Part shown: positions 14,601 through 26,911 of the stretch, piece after piece
Layout: each line of letters begins with the position of its first letter
How positions within the stretch are numbered: the stretch's first letter is position 1
DNA from: Takakia lepidozioides
Taxonomy: Eukaryota > Plantae > Bryophyta
Direction of reading: 5' to 3'
NCBI GenBank assembly: GCA_030704615.1
Contig: JAKLZA010000373.1
Span: forward strand, 1-56,942
Length of the DNA stretch: 56,942 nucleotides
Notes under the pieces: generated by a model
Told to the model about the DNA's origin: nothing
The model's input: only the letters and a program-made list of their open reading frames with translations
Database searches by the model: none
Position numbers and translations under genes: made by a program

Positions 14601-17600
14601 TTCAAATGATCTTTGATTGCTTTCAAACATTGCGAGTGTGTTGGACATACCTTGTCAGAGGTACGTGTCGAGTATCAGGTCAATCGAATTGATTGAAAGG
14701 GTGAACCCATCGTTCGATGTTCAAATGAATTTTTGATTGCTTTCAATCTTTGCGAGTGTGTTGGACATACCTTGTCACATGCTCCTCTCAAGTATGAAGT
14801 CAATCGAAATTGATTGAAAGGGTGAACCCATCGTTCGATGTTCAAATGAATTTTTGATTGCTTTCAATCTTGCGAGTGTGTTGGACATACCTTGTCACAT
14901 GCTCCTCTCAAGTATGAAGTCAATCAAAATTGATTGAAAGGGTGAACCCATCGTTCGATGTTCAAATGATTTTGATTGCTTTCAAACATTGCGAGTGTGT
15001 TGGACATACCTTGTCAGAGGTACGTGTCGAGTATCAGGTCAATCGAAATTGATTCAAAGGGTGAACCCATCGTTCGATGTTCAAATGAATTTTTGATTGC
15101 TTTCAATCTTTGCGAGTGTGTTGGACATACCTTGTCACATGCTCCTCTCAAGTATGAAGTCAATCAAAATGATTGAAAGGGTGAACCCATCGTTCGATGT
15201 TCAAATGATTTTTGATTGCTTTCAAACATTGCGAGTGTGTTGGACATACCTTGTCACATGCTCCTCTCAAGTATGAAGTCAATCAAAATTGATTGAAAGG
15301 GTGAACCCATCGTTCGATGTTCAAATGATTTTGATTGCTTTCAAACATTGCGAGTGTGTTGGACATACCTTGTCAGAGGTACGTGTCAGTATCAGGTCAA
15401 TCGAAATTGATTCAAAGGGTGAACCCATCGTTCGATGTTCAAATGAATTTTTGATTGCTTTCAATCTTTGCGAGTGTGTTGGACATACCTTGTCACATGC
15501 TCCTCTCAAGTATGAAGTCAATCAAAATTGATTGAAAGGGTGAACCCATCGTTCGATGTTCAAATGATTTTTGATTGCTTTCAAACATTGCGAGTGTGTT
15601 GGACATACCTTGTCACATGCTCCTCTCAAGTATGAAGTCAATCAAAATTGATTGAAAGGGTGAACCCATCGTTCGATGTTCAAATGATTTTGATTGCTTT
15701 CAAACATTGCGAGTGTGTTGGACATACCTTGTCAGAGGTACGTGTCAAGTATCAGGTCAATCGAAATTGATTCAAAGGGTGAACCCATCGTTCGATGTTC
15801 AAATGAATTTTGATTGCTTTCAATCTTTGCGAGTGTGTTGGACATACCTTGTCACATGCTCCTCTCAAGTATGAAGTCAATCAAAATTGATTGAAAGGGT
15901 GAACCCATCGTTCGATGTTCAAATGATCTTTGATTGCTTTCAAACATTGCGAGTGTGTTGGACATACCTTGTCAGAGGTACGTGTCGAGTATCAGGTCAA
16001 TCGAAATTGATTCAAAGGGTGAACCCATCGTTCGATGTTCAAATGAATTTTTGATTGCTTTCAATCTTTGCGAGTGTGTTGGACATACCTTGTCACATGC
16101 TCCTCTCAAGTATGAAGTCAATCAAAATTGATTGAAAGGGTGAACCCATCGTTCGATGTTCAAATGATCTTTGATTGCTTTCAAACATTGCGAGTGTGTT
16201 GGACATACCTTGTCAGAGGTACGTGTCGAGTATCAGGTCAATCGAAATTGATTGAAAGGGTGAACCCATCGTTCGATGTTCAAATGAATTTTTGATTGCT
16301 TTCAATCTTTGCGAGTGTGTTGGACATACCTTGTCACATGCTCCTCTCAAGTATGAGTCAATCGAAATTGATTCAAAGGGTGAACCCATCGTTCGATGTT
16401 CAAATGAATTTTTGATTGCTTTCAATCTTTGCGAGTGTGTTGGACATACCTTGTCACATGCTCCTCTCAAGTATGAAGTCAATCAAAATTGATTGAAAGG
16501 GTGAACCCATCGTTCGATGTTCAAATGATCTTTGATTGCTTTCAAACATTGCGAGTGTGTTGGACATACCTTGTCAGAGGTACGTGTCGAGTATCAGGTC
16601 AATCGAAATTGATTCAAAGGGTGAACCCATCGTTCGATGTTCAAATGAATTTTTGATTGCTTTCAATCTTTGCGAGTGTGTTGGACATACCTTGTCACAT
16701 GCTCCTCTCAAGTATGAAGTCAATCAAAATGATTGAAAGGGTGAACCCATCGTTCGATGTTCAAATGATTTTGATTGCTTTCAAACATTGCGAGTGTGTT
16801 GGACATACCTTGTCACATGCTCCTCTCAAGTATGAAGTCAATCAAATTGATTGAAAGGGTGAACCCATCGTTCGATGTTCAAATGATTTTTGATTGCTTT
16901 CAAACATTGCGAGTGTGTTGGACATACCTTGTCAGAGGTACGTGTCAAGTATCAAGTCAATCGAAATTGATTCAAAGGGTGAACCCATCGTTCGATGTTC
17001 AAATGAATTTTTGATTGCTTTCAATCTTTGCGAGTGTGTTGGACATACCTTGTCACATGCTCCTCTCAAGTATGAAGTCAATCAAAATTGATTGAAAGGG
17101 TGAACCCATCGTTCGATGTTCAAATGATCTTTGATTGCTTTCAAACATTGCGAGTGTGTTGGACATACCTTGTCAGAGGTACGTGTCGAGTATCAGGTCA
17201 ATCGAAATTGATTGAAAGGGTGAACCCATCGTTCGATGTTCAAATGAATTTTTGATTGCTTTCAATCTTTGCGAGTGTGTTGGACATACCTTGTCACATG
17301 CTCCTCTCAAGTATGAGGTCAATCGAAAATTGATTCAAAGGGTGAACCCATCGTTCGATGTTCAAATGAATTTTTGATTGCTTTCAATCTTTGCGAGTGT
17401 GTTGGACATACCTTGTCACATGCTCCTCTCAAGTATGAAGTCAATCAAAATTGATTGAAAGGGTGAACCCATCGTTCGATGTTCAAATGATTTTTGATTG
17501 CTTTCAAACATTGCGAGTGTGTTGGACATACCTTGTCAGAGGTACGTGTCGAGTATCAGGTCAATCGAAATTGATTCAAAGGGTGAACCCATCGTTCGAT

Positions 17601-17858
17601 GTTCAAATGAATTTTTGATTGCTTTCAATCTTTGCGAGTGTGTTGGACATACCTTGTCACATGCTCCTCTCAAGTATGAAGTCAATCAAAATTGATTGAA
17701 AGGGTGAACCCATCGTTCGATGTTCAAATGATTTTTGATTGCTTTCAAACATTGCGAGTGTGTTGGACATACCTTGTCACATGCTCCTCTCAAGTATGAA
17801 GTCAATCAAAATTGATTGAAAGGGTGAACCCATCGTTCGATGTTCAAATGATTTTTGA

Positions 17859-20263
17859 TTGCTTTCAAACATTGCGAGTGTGTTGGACATACCTTGTCAG
17901 AGGTACGTGTCAAGTATCAGGTCAATCGAAATTGATTCAAAGGGTGAACCCATCGTTCGATGTTCAAATGAATTTTTGATTGCTTTCAATCTTTGCGAGT
18001 GTGTTGGACATACCTTGTCACATGCTCCTCTCAAGTATGAAGTCAATCAAAATTGATTGAAAGGGTGAACCCATCGTTCGATGTTCAAATGATCTTTGAT
18101 TGCTTTCAAACATTGCGAGTGTGTTGGACATACCTTGTCAGAGGTACGTGTCGAGTATCAGGTCAATCGAAATTGATTCAAAGGGTGAACCCATCGTTCG
18201 ATGTTCAAATGAATTTTTGATTGCTTTCAAATTGCGAGTGTGTTGGACATACCTTGTCACATGCTCCTCTCAAGTATGAAGTCAATCAAAATTGATTGAA
18301 AGGGTGAACCCATCGTTCGATGTTCAAATGATCTTTGATTGCTTTCAAACATTGCGAGTGTGTTGGACATACCTTGTCAGAGGTACGTGTCGAGTATCAG
18401 TCAATCGAAATTGATTGAAAGGGTGAACCCATCGTTCGATGTTCAAATGAATTTTTGATTGCTTTCAATCTTTGCGAGTGTGTTGGACATACCTTGTCAC
18501 ATGCTCCTCTCAAGTATGAGGTCAATCGAAATTGATTCAAAGGGTGAACCCATCGTTCGATGTTCAAATGAATTTTTGATTGCTTTCAATCTTTGCGAGT
18601 GTGTTGGACATACCTTGTCACATGCTCCTCTCAAGTATGAAGTCAATCAAAATTGATTGAAAGGGTGAACCCATCGTTCGATGTTCAAATGATTTTGATT
18701 GCTTTCAAACATTGCGAGTGTGTTGGACATACCTTGTCAGAGGTACGTGTCGAGTATCAGGTCAATCGAAATTGATTCAAAGGGTGAACCCATCGTTCGA
18801 TGTTCAAATGAATTTTTGATTGCTTTCAATCTTTGCGAGTGTGTTGGACATACCTTGTCACATGCTCCTCTCAAGTATGAAGTCAATCAAAATTGATTGA
18901 AAGGGTGAACCCATCGTTCGATGTTCAAATGATTTTTGATTGCTTTCAAACATTGCGAGTGTGTTGGACATACCTTGTCACATGCTCCTCTCAAGTATGA
19001 AGTCAATCAAAATTGATTGAAAGGGTGAACCCATCGTTCGATGTTCAAATGATCTTTGATTGCTTTCAAACATTGCGAGTGTGTTGGACATACCTTGTCA
19101 GAGGTACGTGTCAAGTATCATGTCAATCGAAATTGATTCAAAGGGTGAACCCATCGTTCGATGTTCAAATGAATTTTTGATTGCTTTCAATCTTTGCGAG
19201 TGTGTTGGACATACCTTGTCACATGCTCCTCTCAAGTATGAAGTCAATCAAAATTGATTGAAAGGGTGAACCCATCGTTCGATGTTCAAATGATCTTTGA
19301 TTGCTTTCAAACATTGCGAGTGTGTTGGACATACCTTGTCAGAGGTACGTGTCGAGTATCAGGTCAATCGAAATTGATTCAAAGGGTGAACCCATCGTTC
19401 GATGTTCAAATGAATTTTTGATTGCTTTCAACATTGCGAGTGTGTTGGACATACCTTGTCACATGCTCCTCTCAAGTATGAAGTCAATCAAAATTGATTG
19501 AAAGGGTGAACCCATCGTTCGATGTTCAAATGATCTTTGATTGCTTTCAAACATTGCGAGTGTGTTGGACATACCTTGTCAGAGGTACGTGTCGAGTATC
19601 AGGTCAATCGAAATTGATTGAAAGGGTGAACCCATCGTTCGATGTTCAAATGAATTTTTGATTGCTTTCAATCTTTGCGAGTGTGTTGGACATACCTTGT
19701 CACATGCTCCTCTCAAGTATGAAGTCAATCGAAATTGATTGAAAGGGTGAACCCATCGTTCGATGTTCAAATGAATTTTTGATTGCTTTCAATCTTTGCG
19801 AGTGTGTTGGACATACCTTGTCACATGCTCCTCTCAAGTATGAAGTCAATCAAAATTGATTGAAAGGGTGAACCCATCGTTCGATGTTCAAATGATCTTT
19901 GATTGCTTTCAAACATTGCGAGTGTGTTGGACATACCTTGTCAGAGGTACGTGTCGAGTATCAGGTCAATCGAAATTGATTCAAAGGGTGAACCCATCGT
20001 TCGATGTTCAAATGAATTTTTGATTGCTTTCAATCTTTGCGAGTGTGTTGGACATACCTTGTCACATGCTCCTCTCAAGTATGAAGTCAATCAAAATTGA
20101 TTGAAAGGGTGAACCCATCGTTCGATGTTCAAATGATTTTTGATTGCTTTCAAACATTGCGAGTGTGTTGGACATACCTTGTCACATGCTCCTCTCAAGT
20201 ATGAAGTCAATCAAAATTGATTGAAAGGGTGAACCCATCGTTCGATGTTCAAATGATCTTTGA
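17859..20263 (+). repeat. Two copies of a 10-monomer higher-order repeat (~1202 bp)
   Basis: B-monomer spacing is 2,2,3,3 monomers, repeated. The B' variant (GTGTCAAGTATC) occurs in the units indexed at 17859, 19060 and ~20264. Confidence 0.8.
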
Positions 20264-20985
20264 TTGCTTTCAAACATTGCGAGTGTGTTGGACATACCTT
20301 GTCAGAGGTACGTGTCAAGTATCAGTCAATCGAAATTGATTCAAAGGGTGAACCCATCGTTCGATGTTCAAATGAATTTTTGATTGCTTTCAATCTTTGC
20401 GAGTGTGTTGGACATACCTTGTCACATGCTCCTCTCAAGTATGAAGTCAATCAAAATTGATTGAAAGGGTGAACCCATCGTTCGATGTTCAAATGATCTT
20501 TGATTGCTTTCAAACATTGCGAGTGTGTTGGACATACCTTGTCAGAGGTACGTGTCGAGTATCAGGTCAATCGAAATTGATTCAAAGGGTGAACCCATCG
20601 TTCGATGTTCAAATGAATTTTTGATTGCTTTCAAACATTGCGAGTGTGTTGGACATACCTTGTCACATGCTCCTCTCAAGTATGAAGTCAATCAAAATTG
20701 ATTGAAAGGGTGAACCCATCGTTCGATGTTCAAATGATCTTTGATTGCTTTCAAACATTGCGAGTGTGTTGGACATACCTTGTCAGAGGTACGTGTCGAG
20801 TATCAGGTCAATCGAAATTGATTCAAAGGGTGAACCCATCGTTCGATGTTCAAATGAATTTTTGATTGCTTTCAATCTTTGCGAGTGTGTTGGACATACC
20901 TTGTCACATGCTCCTCTCAAGTATGAAGTCAATCAAAATTGATTGAAAGGGTGAACCCATCGTTCGATGTTCAAATGATCTTTGA

Positions 20986-23900
20986 TTGCTTTCAAACATT
21001 GCGAGTGTGTTGGACATACCTTGTCAGAGGTACGTGTCGAGTATCAGGTCAATCGAAATTGATTCAAAGGGTGAACCCATCGTTCGATGTTCAAATGAAT
21101 TTTTGATTGCTTTCAATCTTTGCGAGTGTGTTGGACATACCTTGTCACATGCTCCTCTCAAGTATGAAGTCAATCAAAATTGATTGAAAGGGTGAACCCA
21201 TCGTTCGATGTTCAAATGATTTTTGATTGCTTTCAAACATTGCGAGTGTGTTGGACATACCTTGTCACATGCTCCTCTCAAGTATGAAGTCAATCAAAAT
21301 TGATTGAAAGGGTGAACCCATCGTTCGATGTTCAAATGATCTTTGATTGCTTTCAAACATTGCGAGTGTGTTGGACATACCTTGTCAGAGGTACGTGTCA
21401 AGTATCAAGTCAATCGAAATTGATTCAAAGGGTGAACCCATCGTTCGATGTTCAAATGAATTTTTGATTGCTTTCAATCTTTGCGAGTGTGTTGGACATA
21501 CCTTGTCACATGCTCCTCTCAAGTATGAGTCAATCGAAATTGATTCAAAGGGTGAACCCATCGTTCGATGTTCAAATGAATTTTTGATTGCTTTCAATCT
21601 TTGCGAGTGTGTTGGACATACCTTGTCACATGCTCCTCTCAAGTATGAAGTCAATCAAAATTGATTGAAAGGGTGAACCCATCGTTCGATGTTCAAATGA
21701 ATTTTTGATTGCTTTCAAACATTGCGAGTGTGTTGGACATACCTTGTCAGAGGTACGTGTCGAGTATGAGGTCAATCGAAATTGATTCAAAGGGTGAACC
21801 CATCGTTCGATGTTCAAATGAATTTTTGATTGCTTTCAATCTTTGCGAGTGTGTTGGACATACCTTGTCACATGCTCCTCTCAAGTATGAAGTCAATCAA
21901 AATTGATTGAAAGGGTGAACCCATCGTTCGATGTTCAAATGATCTTTGATTGCTTTCAAACATTGCGAGTGTGTTGGACATACCTTGTCAGAGGTACGTG
22001 TCGAGTATCAGGTCAATCGAAATTGATTCAAAGGGTGAACCCATCGTTCGATGTTCAAATGAATTTTTGATTGCTTTCAATCTTTGCGAGTGTGTTGGAC
22101 ATACCTTGTCACATGCTCCTCTCAAGTATGAAGTCAATCAAAATTGATTGAAAGGGTGAACCCATCGTTCGATGTTCAAATGATTTTTGATTGCTTTCAA
22201 TCTTTGCGAGTGTGTTGGACATACCTTGTCACATGCTCCTCTCAAGTATGAAGTCAATCAAAATTGATTGAAAGGGTGAACCCATCGTTCGATGTTCAAA
22301 TGAATTTTTGATTGCTTTCAAACATTGCGAGTGTGTTGGACATACCTTGTCAGAGGTACGTGTCAAGTATCATGTCAATCGAAATTGATTCAAAGGGTGA
22401 ACCCATCGTTCGATGTTCAAATGAATTTTTGATTGCTTTCAATCTTTGCGAGTGTGTTGGACATACCTTGTCACATGCTCCTCTCAAGTATGAAGTCAAT
22501 CAAAATTGATTGAAAGGGTGAACCCATCGTTCGATGTTCAAATGATCTTTGATTGCTTTCAAACATTGCGAGTGTGTTGGACATACCTTGTCAGAGGTAC
22601 GTGTCGAGTATCAGGTCAATCGAAATTGATTGAAAGGGTGAACCCATCGTTCGATGTTCAAATGAATTTTTGATTGCTTTCAATCTTTGCGAGTGTGTTG
22701 GACATACCTTGTCACATGCTCCTCTCAAGTATGAGGTCAATCGAAATTGATTCAAAGGGTGAACCCATCGTTCGATGTTCAAATGAATTTTTGATTGCTT
22801 TCAATCATTGCGAGTGTGTTGGACATACCTTGTCACATGCTCCTCTCAAGTATGAAGTCAATCAAAATTGATTGAAAGGGTGAACCCATCGTTCGATGTT
22901 CAAATGATTTTGATTGCTTTCAAACATTGCGAGTGTGTTGGACTTACCTTGTCAGAGGTACGTGTCGAGTATCAGGTCAATCGAAATTGATTCAAAGGGT
23001 GAACCCATCGTTCGATGTTCAAATGAATTTTTGATTGCTTTCAATCTTTGCGAGTGTGTTGGACATACCTTGTCACATGCTCCTCTCAAGTATGAAGTCA
23101 ATCAAAATTGATTGAAAGGGTGAACCCATCGTTCGATGTTCAAATGATTTTTGATTGCTTTCAAACATTGCGAGTGTGTTGGACATACCTTGTCACATGC
23201 TCCTCTCAAGTATGAAGTCAATCAAAATTGATTGAAAGGGTGAACCCATCGTTCGATGTTCAAATGATCTTTGATTGCTTTCAAACATTGCGAGTGTGTT
23301 GGACATACCTTGTCAGAGGTACGTGTCGAGTATCAGGTCAATCAAAATTGATTCAAAGGGTGAACCCATCGTTCGATGTTCAAATGAATTTTTGATTGCT
23401 TTCAATCTTTGCGAGTGTGTTGGACATACCTTGTCACATGCTCCTCTCAAGTATGAAGTCAATCAAAATTGATTGAAAGGGTGAACCCATCGTTCGATGT
23501 TCAAATGATTTTTGATTGCTTTCAAACATTGCGAGTGTGTTGGACATACCTTGTCACATGCTCCTCTCAAGTATGAAGTCAATCAAAATTGATTGAAAGG
23601 GTGAACCCATCGTTCGATGTTCAAATGATCTTTGATTGCTTTCAAACATTGCGAGTGTGTTGGACATACCTTGTCAGAGGTACGTGTCAAGTATCAAGTC
23701 AATCGAAATTGATTCAAAGGGTGAACCCATCGTTCGATGTTCAAATGAATTTTTGATTGCTTTCAATCTTTGCGAGTGTGTTGGACATACCTTGTCACAT
23801 GCTCCTCTCAAGTATGAGGTCAATCGAAATTGATTCAAAGGGTGAACCCATCGTTCGATGTTCAAATGAATTTTTGATTGCTTTCAATCTTTGCGAGTGT

Positions 23901-25563
23901 GTTGGACATACCTTGTCACATGCTCCTCTCAAGTATGAAGTCAATCAAAATTGATTGAAAGGGTGAACCCATCGTTCGATGTTCAAATGAATTTTTGATT
24001 GCTTTCAAACATTGCGAGTGTGTTGGACATACCTTGTCAGAGGTACGTGTCGAGTATGAGGTCAATCGAAATTGATTCAAAGGGTGAACCCATCGTTCGA
24101 TGTTCAAATGAATTTTTGATTGCTTTCAATCTTTGCGAGTGTGTTGGACATACCTTGTCACATGCTCCTCTCAAGTATGAAGTCAATCAAAATTGATTGA
24201 AAGGGTGAACCCATCGTTCGATGTTCAAATGATCTTTGATTGCTTTCAAACATTGCGAGTGTGTTGGACATACCTTGTCAGAGGTACGTGTCGAGTATCA
24301 TGTCAATCGAAATTGATTCAAAGGGTGAACCCATCGTTCGATGTTCAAATGAATTTTTGATTGCTTTCAATCTTTGCGAGTGTGTTGGACATACCTTGTC
24401 ACATGCTCCTCTCAAGTATGAAGTCAATCAAAATTGATTGAAAGGGTGAACCCATCGTTCGATGTTCAAATGATTTTTGATTGCTTTCAATCTTTGCGAG
24501 TGTGTTGGACATACCTTGTCACATGCTCCTCTCAAGTATGAAGTCAATCAAATTGATTGAAAGGGTGAACCCATCGTTCGATGTTCAAATGAATTTTTGA
24601 TTGCTTTCAAACATTGCGAGTGTGTTGGACTTACCTTGTCAGAGGTACGTGTCAAGTATCATGTCAATCGAAATTGATTCAAAGGGTGAACCCATCGTTC
24701 GATGTTCAAATGAATTTTTGATTGCTTTCAATCTTTGCGAGTGTGTTGGACATACCTTGTCACATGCTCCTCTCAAGTATGAAGTCAATCAAAATTGATT
24801 GAAAGGGTGAACCCATCGTTCGATGTTCAAATGATTTTGATTGCTTTCAAACATTGCGAGTGTGTTGGACATACCTTGTCAGAGGTACGTGTCGAGTATC
24901 AGGTCAATCGAAATTGATTGAAAGGGTGAACCCATCGTTCGATGTTCAAATGAATTTTTGATTGCTTTCAATCTTTGCGAGTGTGTTGGACATACCTTGT
25001 CACATGCTCCTCTCAAGTATGAGGTCAATCGAAATTGATTCAAAGGGTGAACCCATCGTTCGATGTTCAAATGAATTTTTGATTGCTTTCAATCTTTGCG
25101 AGTGTGTTGGACATACCTTGTCACATGCTCCTCTCAAGTATGAAGTCAATCAAAATTGATTGAAAGGGTGAACCCATCGTTCGATGTTCAAATGATCTTT
25201 GATTGCTTTCAAACATTGCGAGTGTGTTGGACTTACCTTGTCAGAGGTACGTGTCGAGTATCAGGTCAATCGAAATTGATTCAAAGGGTGAACCCATCGT
25301 TCGATGTTCAAATGAATTTTTGATTGCTTTCAATCTTTGCGAGTGTGTTGGACATACCTTGTCACATGCTCCTCTCAAGTATGAAGTCAATCAAAATTGA
25401 TTGAAAGGGTGAACCCATCGTTCGATGTTCAAATGATTTTTGATTGCTTTCAAACATTGCGAGTGTGTTGGACATACCTTGTCACATGCTCCTCTCAAGT
25501 ATGAAGTCAATCAAAATTGATTGAAAGGGTGAACCCATCGTTCGATGTTCAAATGATCTTTGA
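20986..25563 (+). repeat. Tandem duplication of a 19-monomer block (2289 bp x2)
   Basis: ORF starts are offset by 2289-2290 bp (20986/23275, 21347/23636, 21709/23999, 21950/24240, 22312/24601, 22914/25203). The rare variant GGACTTACC is shared at 22944 and 25233. The B* variant GAGTATGAGG is shared at ~21762 and ~24052. Confidence 0.85.
22698..22818 (+). repeat. Representative hybrid monomer (type C: A head joined to B tail)
   Basis: CATGCTCCTCTCAAGTATG (A) is followed by AGGTCAATCGAAATTGATTCAAAG (B). The same junction recurs at ~9490, ~18500, ~23800, ~25005, ~31140, ~43560 and ~50990. Confidence 0.8.
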
Positions 25564-26670
25564 TTGCTTTCAAACATTGCGAGTGTGTTGGACATACCTT
25601 GTCAGAGGTACGTGTCGAGTATCAGGTCAATCGAAATTGATTCAAAGGGTGAACCCATCGTTCGATGTTCAAATGAATTTTTGATTGCTTTCAATCTTTG
25701 CGAGTGTGTTGGACATACCTTGTCACATGCTCCTCTCAAGTATGAAGTCAATCAAAATTGATTGAAAGGGTGAACCCATCGTTCGATGTTCAAATGATTT
25801 TTGATTGCTTTCAAACATTGCGAGTGTGTTGGACATACCTTGTCACATGCTCCTCTCAAGTATGAAGTCAATCAAAATTGATTGAAAGGGTGAACCCATC
25901 GTTCGATGTTCAAATGATTTTTGATTGCTTTCAAACATTGCGAGTGTGTTGGACATACCTTGTCAGAGGTACGTGTCAAGTATCAGGTCAATCGAAATTG
26001 ATTCAAAGGGTGAACCCATCGTTCGATGTTCAAATGAATTTTTGATTGCTTTCAATCTTTGCGAGTGTGTTGGACATACCTTGTCACATGCTCCTCTCAA
26101 GTATGAAGTCAATCAAAATTGATTGAAAGGGTGAACCCATCGTTCGATGTTCAAATGATCTTTGATTGCTTTCAAACATTGCGAGTGTGTTGGACATACC
26201 TTGTCAGAGGTACGTGTCGAGTATCAGGTCAATCGAAATTGATTCAAAGGGTGAACCCATCGTTCGATGTTCAAATGAATTTTTGATTGCTTTCAATCTT
26301 TGCGAGTGTGTTGGACATACCTTGTCACATGCTCCTCTCAAGTATGAAGTCAATCAAAATTGATTGAAAGGGTGAACCCATCGTTCGATGTTCAAATGAT
26401 TTTGATTGCTTTCAAACATTGCGAGTGTGTTGGACATACCTTGTCAGAGGTACGTGTCGAGTATCAGGTCAATCGAAATTGATTGAAAGGGTGAACCCAT
26501 CGTTCGATGTTCAAATGAATTTTTGATTGCTTTCAATCTTTGCGAGTGTGTTGGACATACCTTGTCACATGCTCCTCTCAAGTATGAGTCAATCGAAATT
26601 GATTCAAAGGGTGAACCCATCGTTCGATGTTCAAATGAATTTTTGATTGCTTTCAATCTTTGCGAGTGTG

Positions 26671-26790
26671 TTGGACATACCTTGTCACATGCTCCTCTCA
26701 AGTATGAAGTCAATCAAAATTGATTGAAAGGGTGAACCCATCGTTCGATGTTCAAATGATCTTTGATTGCTTTCAAACATTGCGAGTGTG
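26671..26790 (+). repeat. Representative type-A monomer (120 bp)
   Basis: TTGGACATACCTTGTCACATGCTCCTCTCAAGTATGAAGTCAATCAAAATTGATTGAAAGGGTGAACCCATCGTTCGATGTTCAAATGATCTTTGATTGCTTTCAAACATTGCGAGTGTG. An identical copy lies at 14521-14640. It contains CATG and 3 CpG. Confidence 0.95.
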
Positions 26791-26911
26791 TTGGACATAC
26801 CTTGTCAGAGGTACGTGTCGAGTATCAGGTCAATCGAAATTGATTCAAAGGGTGAACCCATCGTTCGATGTTCAAATGAATTTTTGATTGCTTTCAATCT
26901 TTGCGAGTGTG
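26791..26911 (+). repeat. Representative type-B monomer (121 bp)
   Basis: TTGGACATACCTTGTCAGAGGTACGTGTCGAGTATCAGGTCAATCGAAATTGATTCAAAGGGTGAACCCATCGTTCGATGTTCAAATGAATTTTTGATTGCTTTCAATCTTTGCGAGTGTG. It has 11 substitutions versus A in the 43-bp head, plus ~4 differences (including a 1-bp indel) in the tail. It contains GTAC and 6 CpG. Confidence 0.95.

Noticed and set aside
14590-14610. tRNA/SINE Pol III B-box (GTTCGA, GTTCAA)
   Set aside because: Neither fits GTTCRANNC fully, and there is no A-box or cloverleaf.
14521-14640. 5S rRNA tandem array (120-bp length; GGACATACC and TCGTTCGAT echo 5S motifs)
   Set aside because: The motif spacing is wrong (~65 nt vs ~27 nt). There is no terminal helix I, no box C-like segment and no spacer between units.
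14521-14640. Satellite-encoded hammerhead ribozyme or viroid-like unit
   Set aside because: No CUGANGA core is present on either strand, and there is no compensatory covariation between A and B.
14534-14640. Budding-yeast point centromere (CDEI-CDEII-CDEIII)
   Set aside because: Only the CDEI-like 8-mer matches. There is no >90% AT CDEII and no CCG-containing CDEIII.
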